This document shows, in pieces, positions 1-9,237 of a stretch of DNA of 63,130 nucleotides. How positions within the stretch are numbered: the first letter of the stretch is position 1; every line of letters begins with the position of its first letter. The DNA lies in NCBI GenBank assembly GCA_945949485.1, contig CAMFER010000001.1, positions 68,099-131,228 of the forward strand, in the 5' to 3' direction. The notes under the pieces were generated by a model. That model was given only the letters and a program-made list of their open reading frames with translations, searched no databases and was not told the DNA's origin. This stretch comes from an uncultured Clostridium sp. (lineage in GTDB: Bacteria; Bacillota; Clostridia; TANB77; CAG-508). Position numbers and translations under genes: made by a program.

Positions 1-567
1 ATCAAAAGAGTTGTATACTCTACTTACCAGGCAGTTTCTGGTGCTGGAAGAGATGCATTATTGGATTTAAAAAACACTACTGGAAAAGAACCTTTAAAGA
101 AATTTCCTTATCCAATATATAATAACTGTTTACCACATATTGATGTATTTATGGATAATGGTTATACAAAAGAAGAAATGAAAATGATAAACGAAACTAG
201 AAAGATTTTGCATCATCCTGATTTAAAAGTTACTGCAACTACAGTCCGAGTGCCTGTAGAAAATTCTCATTCTGAATCTATTAATGTTGAATTAGAAAAA
301 GATTTTAACATTGAAGATATTTTTGACACATTTAGAAACTTTAAAAATTTAATAGTAGTAGATGACCCAGAAAACAATATCTATCCTATGGCAATTAATG
401 CTAATGGCCATGATGAAGTTTTTGTTGGAAGAATCAGACGCGATTATAGTGTTGAAAATGGATTAAATATATTTGTAGTTGCTGATAATATTAGAAAAGG
501 TGCTGCAAGCAATGCTGTTCAAATAGTAGAGGAACTAATAAAACATAGTGAAATGGAGGAAAAATAA
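1..567 (+). CDS. asd: aspartate-semialdehyde dehydrogenase, 5'-truncated by window edge
   Basis: Frame 1 is open from nt 1 (IKRVVYSTYQAVSGAGRDAL...). C-terminal Asd-like sequence (VRVPV..SHSESINVEL, DNIRKGAASNAVQI). Stop at 565-567. Confidence 0.9.
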   Translation: MKRVVYSTYQAVSGAGRDALLDLKNTTGKEPLKKFPYPIYNNCLPHIDVFMDNGYTKEEMKMINETRKILHHPDLKVTATTVRVPVENSHSESINVELEKDFNIEDIFDTFRNFKNLIVVDDPENNIYPMAINANGHDEVFVGRIRRDYSVENGLNIFVVADNIRKGAASNAVQIVEELIKHSEMEEK

Positions 568-1554
568 ATGGAAAAAATTAAAATTGGAATTTATGGCTAT
601 GGAAATTTAGGAAAAGGTGTAGAAAAAGCTATTTTCAATAATCCTGATACTGAATTAGTAGGTATCTTTACTAGACGTAATCCAGAAGATGTAAAAGCAA
701 TACATGATAATATTCCTGTATATAATGTAAATGATGCTTCTAAAATGAAAGATAAAATTGATGTAATGATTCTTTGTGGTGGCTCAGCAACAGATTTACC
801 TAAGCAAACACCTGAAGTTGCGCAATTATTTAATACTGTTGATAGTTTTGATACTCATGCAAAAGTTCCAGAATATTTTGAAAGTGTAAATAGAGCTGCA
901 AAATCTTCAAATAATTTATCTTTAATTTCTTGTGGATGGGACCCAGGATTATTTTCTTTAAATAGAGCTTTATTTGAAGCCATTCTACCTACTGGTACAA
1001 ATTATGTATTTTATGGAAGAGGATTAAGCCAAGGTCACTCTGATGCTATTAGAAGAATTAAAGGTGTCAAAAATGCTGTTCAATATACAGTTCCTTATGA
1101 TAAGGCTGTAGAAAAAGTAAGAAACGGAGAAAATCCACAATTTGATTCTGTAAGAGAAGTTATGTGGAGAGAGTGTTTTGTTGTTTTAGAAGATGGAGCT
1201 AATGAAAAAGATATTGAAAAAGAAATAAAAGAAATGCCAAATTATTTTGAACCATATAATACTACTGTTCATTTTATTTCTGAAGAAGAATTAGAAAAAA
1301 ATCACAGCGGTATGCCTCATGGTGGATTTGTTTTAAGAAGTGGTGCGACTAGTGAAGATGTTAATCAAGTTGCTGAATTTTCATTAAAATTAGATTCTAA
1401 TCCAGAATTTACAGCTAGTGTATTAGTTGCTTATGCTAGAGGTGTTTATAAGTTAAGAAAAAATGGAAAGACAGGAGCAATTACAGTTTTAGATATTCCT
1501 ATCTCTTATATACTACCTAAAACAGATGAAGAAATATTAAAAAACATAATTTAA
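568..1554 (+). CDS. ddh: meso-diaminopimelate D-dehydrogenase
   Basis: 328 aa. N-terminal Rossmann motif IGIYGYGNLGKG and overall Ddh-like sequence. The ATG directly abuts the asd stop, with GGAGG inside the asd 3' end. Confidence 0.85.
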   Translation: MEKIKIGIYGYGNLGKGVEKAIFNNPDTELVGIFTRRNPEDVKAIHDNIPVYNVNDASKMKDKIDVMILCGGSATDLPKQTPEVAQLFNTVDSFDTHAKVPEYFESVNRAAKSSNNLSLISCGWDPGLFSLNRALFEAILPTGTNYVFYGRGLSQGHSDAIRRIKGVKNAVQYTVPYDKAVEKVRNGENPQFDSVREVMWRECFVVLEDGANEKDIEKEIKEMPNYFEPYNTTVHFISEEELEKNHSGMPHGGFVLRSGATSEDVNQVAEFSLKLDSNPEFTASVLVAYARGVYKLRKNGKTGAITVLDIPISYILPKTDEEILKNII

Positions 1555-1557
1555 TAC

Positions 1558-1604
1558 AAAACGAACAATTAATTTTTTATAATTAATTGTTCGTTTTCTT
1601 TTTA
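1558..1604. terminator. bidirectional rho-independent terminator between ddh and dapB
   Basis: Near-perfect 16-bp inverted repeat AAACGAACAATTAATT / AATTAATTGTTCGTTT, with T-run/A-run flanks. Confidence 0.8.
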
Positions 1605-1605
1605 T

Positions 1606-2346
1606 CTATACCATACTTCTCATATCATATAATCCACTATTTTTAGTAACAATAAATTTTGCAGCTTTTAGAGCTCCTTCTACAAATACTTGTCTCGAAT
1701 ATGATGTATGTTTTATTTCTAAAGTTTCATTCTCTCCAAAGAATTTTACAGTATGTTCTCCAACAATATTTCCACCACGAATTGATGAAAATCCTATTTC
1801 ATCTTTAGACCTTTTTTCTCTTTTTTGCATTCTGTCAAAAGTATATATTTTTTTATTTTCTAAAACTTCATTAATTGCATCAGCAAGTAATATTGCTGTT
1901 CCACTTGGGCTATCTACTTTTCTATTATGATGTGTTTCTATTATTTCAATATCAGTATCATTTAAAACTCTTGCTATTTCTTGTACTATTTTGGCCATTA
2001 AATTAATATCTAAAGACATATTAGAGCTTCTAAATACTGGTATTTCCTCTGAAGCTTCTTTAATAACTTTTAGTTCTTCATCTGAAAAACCTGTTGTTGC
2101 TATAACTATTGGAATTTTATTTTTTCTTGCATATTCTAAAATATTTAAAGAAGCTTTTGGGATTGAAAAGTCTATTATTACATCAACTTTTTCTTCTATA
2201 TCTTTTGTATTTTCATATATTGGAAATTTTTCATTGTTTTCACCAATTCCAACACCACAAGTAATATTTAAATCTTTTTCTTCTGCTACCTTTTTAATTA
2301 CTTTTTTTCCCATTCTTCCTGTTGCACCATTTAATAATATATTCAT
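1606..2346 (-). CDS. dapB: 4-hydroxy-tetrahydrodipicolinate reductase
   Basis: 246 aa. N-terminal GATGRMG nucleotide-binding motif and the E(T)HHxxKxDxPSGTA signature. Confidence 0.9.
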   Translation of the reverse strand: MNILLNGATGRMGKKVIKKVAEEKDLNITCGVGIGENNEKFPIYENTKDIEEKVDVIIDFSIPKASLNILEYARKNKIPIVIATTGFSDEELKVIKEASEEIPVFRSSNMSLDINLMAKIVQEIARVLNDTDIEIIETHHNRKVDSPSGTAILLADAINEVLENKKIYTFDRMQKREKRSKDEIGFSSIRGGNIVGEHTVKFFGENETLEIKHTSYSRQVFVEGALKAAKFIVTKNSGLYDMRSMV

Positions 2347-2359
2347 CTCTTTCTCCTTT

Positions 2360-3244
2360 TTAAATTAAATTATGTTTTTTCATTACATGTTCCATATTAG
2401 CTTTGTTCTCTTCACTTAATTCAACTAAAGGTAAACGTGGTTTTCCAAAATCATATCCTTTTAAATTTAAAGCATATTTAACTGGTATAGGATTAACTTC
2501 TGAGAACAGTGCATCTACCAAATCTAGAACTTCTAATTGCATTTTAGTTGCTTCTTTTTGATTTCCATCAAAATATTTTTTTGTCATATCATGTACATAT
2601 TTTGGCATTATATTTGATAATACAGATATAACACCTTTTCCTCCTAGAGATAACACTGGTATTATTTGGTCATCATTTCCAGAATAAATATCTAAACTAT
2701 CCCCACATAAGCTTGCTATTTTAGCAACTTGAGAAATGTTTCCACTTGCTTCTTTTATTCCAACTATATTTTCTATTTTTGAAAGTTCCAAACAAGTTTC
2801 AGGAGTAATATTTACCCCTGTTCTACTAGGTACACTGTATACAATTATAGGTAGTGTAACTTCTTTAGAAATAGCTTTATAGTGTTCCACTAAACCTCTT
2901 TTTGTTGTTTTATTATAATATGGTGTAACAACCAATAAAGCATCTGCTCCTACACTTTCAGCATATTTTGACATTTCGATTGCTGTTTTTGTATTGTTGC
3001 TCCCTGTACCTACTACAACTTTTGTCCTCTTATTTACTTTTTCAATTGCAAATTTTATTGTTTCCTTTCTTTCATCATCTGTCATAGTAGCAGATTCTCC
3101 TGTAGTCCCACATACTATTATTGCATCTACTTCATTTTGTATTTGTTCTTCTATTAATCTTCCAAACTCGGAAAAATTAACCCCATCTTCTGTAAACGGT
3201 GTTGATATTGCTGTACCACACCCTTCAAACACTGTTTTCTTCAT
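2360..3244 (-). CDS. dapA: 4-hydroxy-tetrahydrodipicolinate synthase
   Basis: DapA-like sequence (GTTGES, catalytic-Lys region GIKEASG). Start moved to the ATG at 3244 because GAAGGA lies 7 nt upstream; the ORF-track start at 3262 has no RBS. Confidence 0.9.
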   Translation of the reverse strand: MKKTVFEGCGTAISTPFTEDGVNFSEFGRLIEEQIQNEVDAIIVCGTTGESATMTDDERKETIKFAIEKVNKRTKVVVGTGSNNTKTAIEMSKYAESVGADALLVVTPYYNKTTKRGLVEHYKAISKEVTLPIIVYSVPSRTGVNITPETCLELSKIENIVGIKEASGNISQVAKIASLCGDSLDIYSGNDDQIIPVLSLGGKGVISVLSNIMPKYVHDMTKKYFDGNQKEATKMQLEVLDLVDALFSEVNPIPVKYALNLKGYDFGKPRLPLVELSEENKANMEHVMKKHNLI

Positions 3245-3318
3245 ATTAATTCCTTCTTTCATATATAAATAAACACTATATAAATTTAGTTAAATTTTAA
3301 GATTTATTTGTTAATATT

Positions 3319-4498
3319 TTAAATCAATTCATTATGTATTTTATTTATAAGTTCATCATCCATTTTATCCACAATCACTTCAATTTTTGATTGTGTTAAA
3401 TTTATATTTTGTATTATTATTTTATTTTCTTCTAAAATCTTAATAACTTTTTGAAGTACAATATTGTCTTGAATTATTCCATATCCAACTATAGTTAATT
3501 TTATGATTTCTTCTTGTGAAATATTATATTCAGAATAGTTTTCTTCCAAGATTTCTTGTACTTTATTTAGTTCAGCTTTTTGAATTCTAAATTCCGCACT
3601 GAAATCAGAACTATTTTTATCAAAATATTCTGCAATTATATTTTTTTCCAATAAATCTTTATATATTTTATATGATAAATTTATATTATTTTCTTTTTCC
3701 CCTTGGACTTTTATTTTTATTAAATTATCATTTTTTACTATACTCTTTATCTCTGTATTTTCTATCTCTTTACAGATTCGAGTCCCCCTCTTGTCAACAA
3801 ATGTTGATTTTGCTTCTATATCACAATTAAATTTTTTACCTATTTGTATACATCTATTGTGTAAGACCTTAGCTCCTGCATCTGCTATTTCTTGCATTTC
3901 ATCAAAAGAAATTTCATCTAATTTTTTTGCCATAGTAGTTATATTTGGATCTGAAGAATATATACCATCCACATCTGAAAATATATAACACTTTTCAGCT
4001 TCTAATGCTGCTTGTAAAGCAACAGCTGTTGTATCTGATCCTCCTCTACCTAGAGTTGTAATATCATTTTCTTCATCAATTCCTTGAAACCCTGCAACTA
4101 CAACAATATTTCCTTTTTCAAATTCTCTTGCAATCTTTTGAGTTTCAATTTGCTCAATTTTAGCCTTTTTATGAATTGAATTTGTTATTATTCCAGCTTG
4201 CCATCCGAGTTAAAGAAACCGCTTTATATCCTTCTCTATTTAATAAAATACTTAACTTTGCCGCAGTAATTTGTTCTCCTGTTGATAATAGCATATCTAT
4301 TTCTCTTTCATTAGGTACTGCTGACAACTCTTGAGCTTCCTTTAATAAGTTATCTGTAGTTTTTCCTTGTGCTGATACTACAACAGCAATATTTTTTGCT
4401 TCCTTCTTTAAATTAATAATCTTTTTAACTACTGCATTTAATTTAATATTATCAGCAACTGAACTGCCTCCAAATTTTAATACTATTGTGTTCATCAT
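3319..4498 (-). pseudogene. aspartate kinase, reading frame interrupted by one extra C at 4207 (frameshift or sequencing artefact)
   Basis: N-terminal 97 aa (KFGGSS...KAVSLT) run in one frame. The +1 frame from 4206 downward reads GWQAGIITNSIHK...VVAGFQGIDEENDITTLGRGGSDTTAVALQAALEAEKCYIFSDVDGIYSSDPN and then the ACT domains, ending at 3319. Confidence 0.85.
4205..4207 (-). other. zero-frame CGG codon at the aspartokinase frameshift site (ACT CGG ATG)
   Basis: Codon 98 counted from the ATG at 4498. Removing the C gives ACT GGA TGG = T-G-W, matching the conserved LTGWQAG block. Confidence 0.85.
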
Positions 4499-4740
4499 AA
4501 TATGTCACACCTTTTTAAATTTCAAAAACCTCAACTAATTATAGTCAAAGTTATTTTGTATGTTAGTATTATATTATATTTTTCTTATTCTTTCAAGCCA
4601 AATCATTATTTTTAATATCATTATAAATTATGCGTTCTCTTCAAATATAATTTTGCTGTATATCTCTTTCTGTCTTTCATATTAATTGATATAAAATAAA
4701 ATTGCATAAAGACCCCTAGAATTAACTAGAAGGTCTTATT

Positions 4741-4911
4741 TTATATTCCTATTATCACTGGTTTTTTTTTATTATCATTTAATGTTTTGTAATAATTGGC
4801 TATTAGTTCGTCTAATTCTATACTCAACTGATATGTAATACTATAATCTTCCCCATCTTCTATGCTTTTATTCAATTTATCCCTTAATTTACAAATTTCA
4901 TCATTTAACAT
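4741..4911 (-). CDS. Spo0E-family aspartyl-phosphate phosphatase-like small protein (56 aa, absent from the ORF track)
   Basis: MLNDEICKLRDKLNKSIEDGEDYSITYQLSIELDELIANYYKTLND... fits the Spo0E helical-hairpin pattern (I..LR..L ... S..LD.LI..Y). AAAGGAG lies 8 nt upstream of the ATG and a hairpin lies downstream (4708-4737). Confidence 0.6.
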   Translation of the reverse strand: MLNDEICKLRDKLNKSIEDGEDYSITYQLSIELDELIANYYKTLNDNKKKPVIIGI

Positions 4912-5043
4912 ACAAATCACTCCTTTTCCCTTTTTCTTCTTTAGTATGTTTATAAATTATCACACAACTTTTATCAAGTCAAGCATTTTCAACGGTTTTT
5001 AGCAACTTTCGTAAGACATCTTTTTCTTTTTTTCGACAAAATA

Positions 5044-5092
5044 AAATAATAAAAAACGGCTTTATTTTATTTAATTAATAAAAACCGTTTTT
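5044..5092 (-). terminator. rho-independent terminator after the M16 peptidase pair
   Basis: AAAAACGG ... CCGTTTTT stem enclosing an AT-rich self-pairing loop, followed by a T-run on the minus strand. Confidence 0.65.
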
Positions 5093-5130
5093 ACAACATA
5101 TTTCTTTATGAGTTTTTTATGCCTTTTATT

Positions 5131-6402
5131 CTATTTTTTCACAACCGATATCACCATTTTATCCTCTTTAAAGACATTTTCTATTATTTCTTTTAAAAAT
5201 TCTAAATCCACTTTCCAAATTTCTTCTAAATAGTCGAAACTATTTACTCCTTTAAAATAATCGGCTAGAAACATTCTAGATACATCTGAAACATTTTCAT
5301 ATTCTCTTATATATCCTCCATATATCGTCTTCTTTATTCTTTCGACATCTTCCTCTTTAATATCTTTTTTCAGTACTTCTATTTCATTCTTTATCTGTCT
5401 ATATATCTGATATGGGTCTTTACTATATCCAGAAATTAATATATGTGCATATGTTTTACTAAATTCATAATCAAAGTTTGGAACCATATGCAATGTTCCT
5501 TTATTATATAACTTTTTATATAAAGAAGAACTCTTTCCTATTAATAGATTTAATAAAATCTCAATTGCTATGTGTCTTTTCACTAACGTTTTTGAATCTC
5601 CATCTTTTATAATTTTATCTTTTATCCCTATTGCATAAATTGGTTGACTTACATCATGTTCTTCTAAAATCTCACTTTTGGCAATTGTTTCTGGCTCATT
5701 AGGATATATCCTCTTAGGAACATTTTTCTCTTCTTTTTTTATTAATCTTTCTTCTATTTCATGTATAATCTTTTCAGGTTCAAAATCTCCACATATTACA
5801 AGTAACATATTAGATGGAATATAAAAAGTATTGTAGCATTTATATAAAATTTCTTTATCAATTTTTCCTATTGTTTCTATAGTTCCAGTAATATCTATTT
5901 TTATAGGATTTTTATGGTACATTGCCTTTAATGCATTAAGATATACCTTCCATTCTGGTAAATCATCATACATCATTATCTCTTGGCCTATAATTCCTTT
6001 TTCCTTCTCAACATTTTCATCTGTAAAATACGGATGTTGAACATAATCCATAAGTTCTGTCATTGCTTCATAAAAATTATCTGTACATTCAAAAAGATAT
6101 GCCGTATGATCATTAGTTGTATACGCATTCGCTTCAACTCCTAAAGAAGTTAGTTTATCTAAACTATTAATCCCATTTTCTTGTTCAAATAATTTGTGTT
6201 CTAAAAAATGTGCAACTCCGTTTGGCACTTCTATAACTTCATTATCAACTACAAATTTATTATCATTTGATCCATAATTAGTTCCCCATATCATATATTT
6301 TTTCTTTATGTCTTTTTTGGGAATAATAATAACATTTAAACCATTATTTAATTTTTCAACATAAATCTTCTCTTTAACCTTAAGATTTTCAATTACTTTC
6401 AT
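5131..6402 (-). CDS. M16 family zinc peptidase (insulinase-like, active-site type)
   Basis: 423 aa with the inverted zinc motif HFLEH near the N-terminus. Paired with a second M16 gene, as in ymfF/ymfH. Confidence 0.8.
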   Translation of the reverse strand: MKVIENLKVKEKIYVEKLNNGLNVIIIPKKDIKKKYMIWGTNYGSNDNKFVVDNEVIEVPNGVAHFLEHKLFEQENGINSLDKLTSLGVEANAYTTNDHTAYLFECTDNFYEAMTELMDYVQHPYFTDENVEKEKGIIGQEIMMYDDLPEWKVYLNALKAMYHKNPIKIDITGTIETIGKIDKEILYKCYNTFYIPSNMLLVICGDFEPEKIIHEIEERLIKKEEKNVPKRIYPNEPETIAKSEILEEHDVSQPIYAIGIKDKIIKDGDSKTLVKRHIAIEILLNLLIGKSSSLYKKLYNKGTLHMVPNFDYEFSKTYAHILISGYSKDPYQIYRQIKNEIEVLKKDIKEEDVERIKKTIYGGYIREYENVSDVSRMFLADYFKGVNSFDYLEEIWKVDLEFLKEIIENVFKEDKMVISVVKK

Positions 6403-6420
6403 TTTCTTCCTTCCTTTTTC

Positions 6421-7689
6421 TTAATTTCTCAAAAAATAAATAGTATTTATCCTTACCTTATCAGCAATATTTTGTACATCTTCTTTAGTAACTTTATTTA
6501 TTCTTTCTTTATATTCCTCTAAGGTCTTTTTATCTTTAGACAATTCTTGCCCAAAATAATATGTTATTAATGAATCCTCTTCATCCTCAATTGACTCTAT
6601 AATTGAAACAACTCCTCTTTTGGCGTTTTTAATATCTATATCAGTAAAAATACCTTCTTTAATCTCTGTTATTTGTTCTTTTATTAAATCCAAAGCTTTA
6701 TTATAGTTTTCTATTTCAATACCACAAATTATAAAAATATTGTTTTTATGTCTTAAATAACTTGAACTAGCAACATAGGCTAAATGGCCTTTCTCTCTTA
6801 CATTCTGAAATAATTTTGAATTTGCAGTGCCTCCTAATATGCAATTATATATCATAACATCATACTTTAAGTCTTCATTGTCAATATCAATATCTAGTCC
6901 TATTATTAATTTTCCTTGATTTACTTCCATCTTTTCTTCAATTATTTTTTCTTTTGTATTATTATTGTTTTTCTCTAAAACAGTCATATTATATCCATTT
7001 TCTCTTTGAGGTAATTTTTCAACATCTTTATTCATACATATTTCTTCTGTTAAATCTTGCTTAATGTTTCCTGATATAAAAATATCAATTTTACATGTAT
7101 TTATTAATTCTACATATTGTTTATACAGATTTTCTTCATCAATATCTTTGACATCTTCAATATATCCATATTTATACAAACCATATGGCTTACCTTTGTA
7201 CATGTTTTCAATACAACTTTCTAAACTATACCTTGCTTTATTATCTCTTTTTGCGGATATTATCTGAACTAAGTTTTCTTTTTCTTGTTCAACGTATTCT
7301 TTATTAAAACCTCGTTTCTCAATTAATGGATTAAATACAATATCTAAAATACATTCTAAAGCTTTTGTTAATAAATTTTCTTTTTTAGGTAAAAAATCAT
7401 CATTAATTGTTTCTATATAAAATTTTAAAACTTGATTATCACCAATTTTATCTACACCACAATCAAAACTAGCACCATACATTTCTTCTAATTTTTTACT
7501 GATTTCTTCTTGTGTTTTAAATGTATTAGTTCCTCTGTTTAATACTTTTGGTATCAATGCATTTTTGGTAACTTCATCTCTATTTAGTTTTGAAGTTAAA
7601 AATATAGCTATTATATTTGTTTTAAATTTATTTGTACAAATCTGATGTAGTTGAATACCTTTTTTAATTTCAAGTTTTTTATATTCCAT
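6421..7689 (-). CDS. M16 family peptidase-like protein (no HxxEH motif, probably the non-catalytic partner)
   Basis: 422 aa with M16-like length and architecture. Lies 18 nt upstream of the HFLEH-containing partner. Confidence 0.7.
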   Translation of the reverse strand: MEYKKLEIKKGIQLHQICTNKFKTNIIAIFLTSKLNRDEVTKNALIPKVLNRGTNTFKTQEEISKKLEEMYGASFDCGVDKIGDNQVLKFYIETINDDFLPKKENLLTKALECILDIVFNPLIEKRGFNKEYVEQEKENLVQIISAKRDNKARYSLESCIENMYKGKPYGLYKYGYIEDVKDIDEENLYKQYVELINTCKIDIFISGNIKQDLTEEICMNKDVEKLPQRENGYNMTVLEKNNNNTKEKIIEEKMEVNQGKLIIGLDIDIDNEDLKYDVMIYNCILGGTANSKLFQNVREKGHLAYVASSSYLRHKNNIFIICGIEIENYNKALDLIKEQITEIKEGIFTDIDIKNAKRGVVSIIESIEDEEDSLITYYFGQELSKDKKTLEEYKERINKVTKEDVQNIADKVRINTIYFLRN

Positions 7690-7781
7690 TATTTTCTCCT
7701 TTCTAACATTACATATATATATAACAAAATTGGAAGTTTTCTAAGTATATTTTACCCCAAAAACTCCCAATTATTTAAATT

Positions 7782-7952
7782 CTAAAATTTTCTTTTTCTA
7801 GCTGCTTCTGATTTTTTCTTTCTTCTTACACTAGGTTTTTCATAGTGTTCTCTTTTACGAACCTCTTGTAGCACTCCATTACGTGCACATTGTCTTTTAA
7901 ATCTCTTTAAAGCATCTTCTATATTACCATTATTAACTTTTATCTCTGACAT
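7782..7952 (-). CDS. rpsU: 30S ribosomal protein S21 (56 aa, absent from the ORF track)
   Basis: Translation [56 protein letters not shown] is typical S21. GGAGG lies 9 nt upstream. Confidence 0.9.
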   Translation of the reverse strand: MSEIKVNNGNIEDALKRFKRQCARNGVLQEVRKREHYEKPSVRRKKKSEAARKRKF

Positions 7953-8014
7953 TTTATATTCCCCTCCTTCCGGCCATACGCGAATGTATGTGGGATAACC
8001 CTTATAACGTTATT

Positions 8015-8044
8015 ATTATACATTATTGTTATATTAGTTGTCAA
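8015..8044 (-). promoter_or_regulatory. sigma-A-type promoter for rpsU
   Basis: TTGACA (8044-8039), 18-nt spacer, TATAAT (8020-8015), read on the minus strand. Confidence 0.5.
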
Positions 8045-8047
8045 TAC

Positions 8048-8569
8048 TTAGATATCAAATAATATTGTTTTATTTTGTTTTAAAGATTCTTGAACATCAA
8101 TAATTCTTTGATTACTAGAACCTCTAAATTTTAATTTGATGTCTTTTTTCTCTTCTATAAACTTTCCATCAACTAGAACATCTATATATTTTAATAATTC
8201 TGGTGTCTCTTCCCATTCTTTGCACATTCTATCTAATAAATCTTTTTCAAATGTATACCCTGTATAACACCATATATTTTTATCAGGAAATTTCTCTTTT
8301 ACAAGCTTTACTAATGGCAAAACCCCTTTTTGATTTACATGCTCCAATGGTTCTCCACCCAATAGTGTTAATCCTGCTATATATGAATGATCTAATTCTT
8401 CAATTATTCTTTCTATTTCTTTTTCAGTAAATTCTTTTCCGTAATTAAAGTCCCATGCCTCTTGATTAAAACAATTTTTACAATGGTGTGTACATCCACT
8501 TACAAATAAAGAAATTCTAACTCCTACTCCATTTGCTACATCTGCTCTTTTTATATCCGCATAATTCAT
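8048..8569 (-). CDS. nrdG: anaerobic ribonucleoside-triphosphate reductase activating protein (radical SAM)
   Basis: 173 aa. VANGVGVRISLFVSGCTHHCKNCFN carries the CxxxCxxC cluster in NrdG-type context. Confidence 0.85.
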   Translation of the reverse strand: MNYADIKRADVANGVGVRISLFVSGCTHHCKNCFNQEAWDFNYGKEFTEKEIERIIEELDHSYIAGLTLLGGEPLEHVNQKGVLPLVKLVKEKFPDKNIWCYTGYTFEKDLLDRMCKEWEETPELLKYIDVLVDGKFIEEKKDIKLKFRGSSNQRIIDVQESLKQNKTILFDI

Positions 8570-8584
8570 ATTATTACCTCATTT

Positions 8585-9139
8585 CTAACTCATAAAAAAT
8601 AATTGTCTCATAAAAGTATTCGTTGCTGGTACAAACCACATTATTATTCCTACTATTATAACTATTACTGCTGTAATTATCATTGCTTGAATATCTTTTT
8701 GATCTAACTTTTTCTTATCTTTAAAGTCTGGCTTATGTTTAAATACTTCTTTAAGAACATCAATTATTCCCATTAAAGTTCCTACTCTATTTTTATCTTG
8801 CTCTTTTTCCATATTCTTTTTTCTTCTAGAATTATTCTCATCTACCACACTATTTTTGTTTTGTAAATCTTTTTTTACATTACTATTTTCATTATATATT
8901 TTCTCAAAATCTTTAATTTCTGCTTTTTTAAATTCTAAATTATATTGCGATCTTAAGAACTCATCTGATAGGACGTGATAAGCTTCATTTACTTCTTGAG
9001 TTTTTTGCTCAGCCAATATTTTTTCATTTCCTAAATATTGATCTGGATGATATTTTTTAATTAATACTTTATATGCTTTATCTATTACTTCCCTAGAAGC
9101 ATTTTTGTTTACTTCTAATATCTCATAATAATTCTTCAT
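8585..9139 (-). CDS. J-domain (DnaJ-like) protein with C-terminal transmembrane segment
   Basis: NYYEILEV...AYKVLIKKYHPD contains the HPD motif. A hydrophobic stretch AMIITAVIVIIVGIIMWFV lies near the C-terminus. Confidence 0.75.
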   Translation of the reverse strand: MKNYYEILEVNKNASREVIDKAYKVLIKKYHPDQYLGNEKILAEQKTQEVNEAYHVLSDEFLRSQYNLEFKKAEIKDFEKIYNENSNVKKDLQNKNSVVDENNSRRKKNMEKEQDKNRVGTLMGIIDVLKEVFKHKPDFKDKKKLDQKDIQAMIITAVIVIIVGIIMWFVPATNTFMRQLFFMS

Positions 9140-9186
9140 ATTCTATACCAACTTTCATACTTTTACTATTGTGATAATTTTATATC

Positions 9187-9223
9187 AAAAAAAAGAAAAT
9201 AGCAATATGTTTTGCTACTTTCT
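9187..9223 (-). terminator. rho-independent terminator after ftsH
   Basis: Minus strand reads AGAAAGTAGCAAAACATATTGCTATTTTCT followed by TTTTTTT. Confidence 0.6.
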
Positions 9224-9237
9224 TATATCATTTTCTA

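Noticed and set aside
4499-4740. Looked for a lysine (L-box) riboswitch in the ~240-nt leader of the aspartokinase-dapA-dapB operon.
   Set aside because: The leader is almost pure A/T. It lacks the conserved GC-containing L-box core elements (AGAGGCGC-type start, GGG/CCC helices), and no convincing multi-helix structure is visible.
5032-5038. Perfect Spo0A-box heptamer (TTCGACA = TGTCGAA on the other strand) about 50 nt upstream of the Spo0E-like gene's -35.
   Set aside because: With this base composition a given 7-mer of that content is expected roughly five times by chance on both strands of a 63-kb window. A single box is not evidence.
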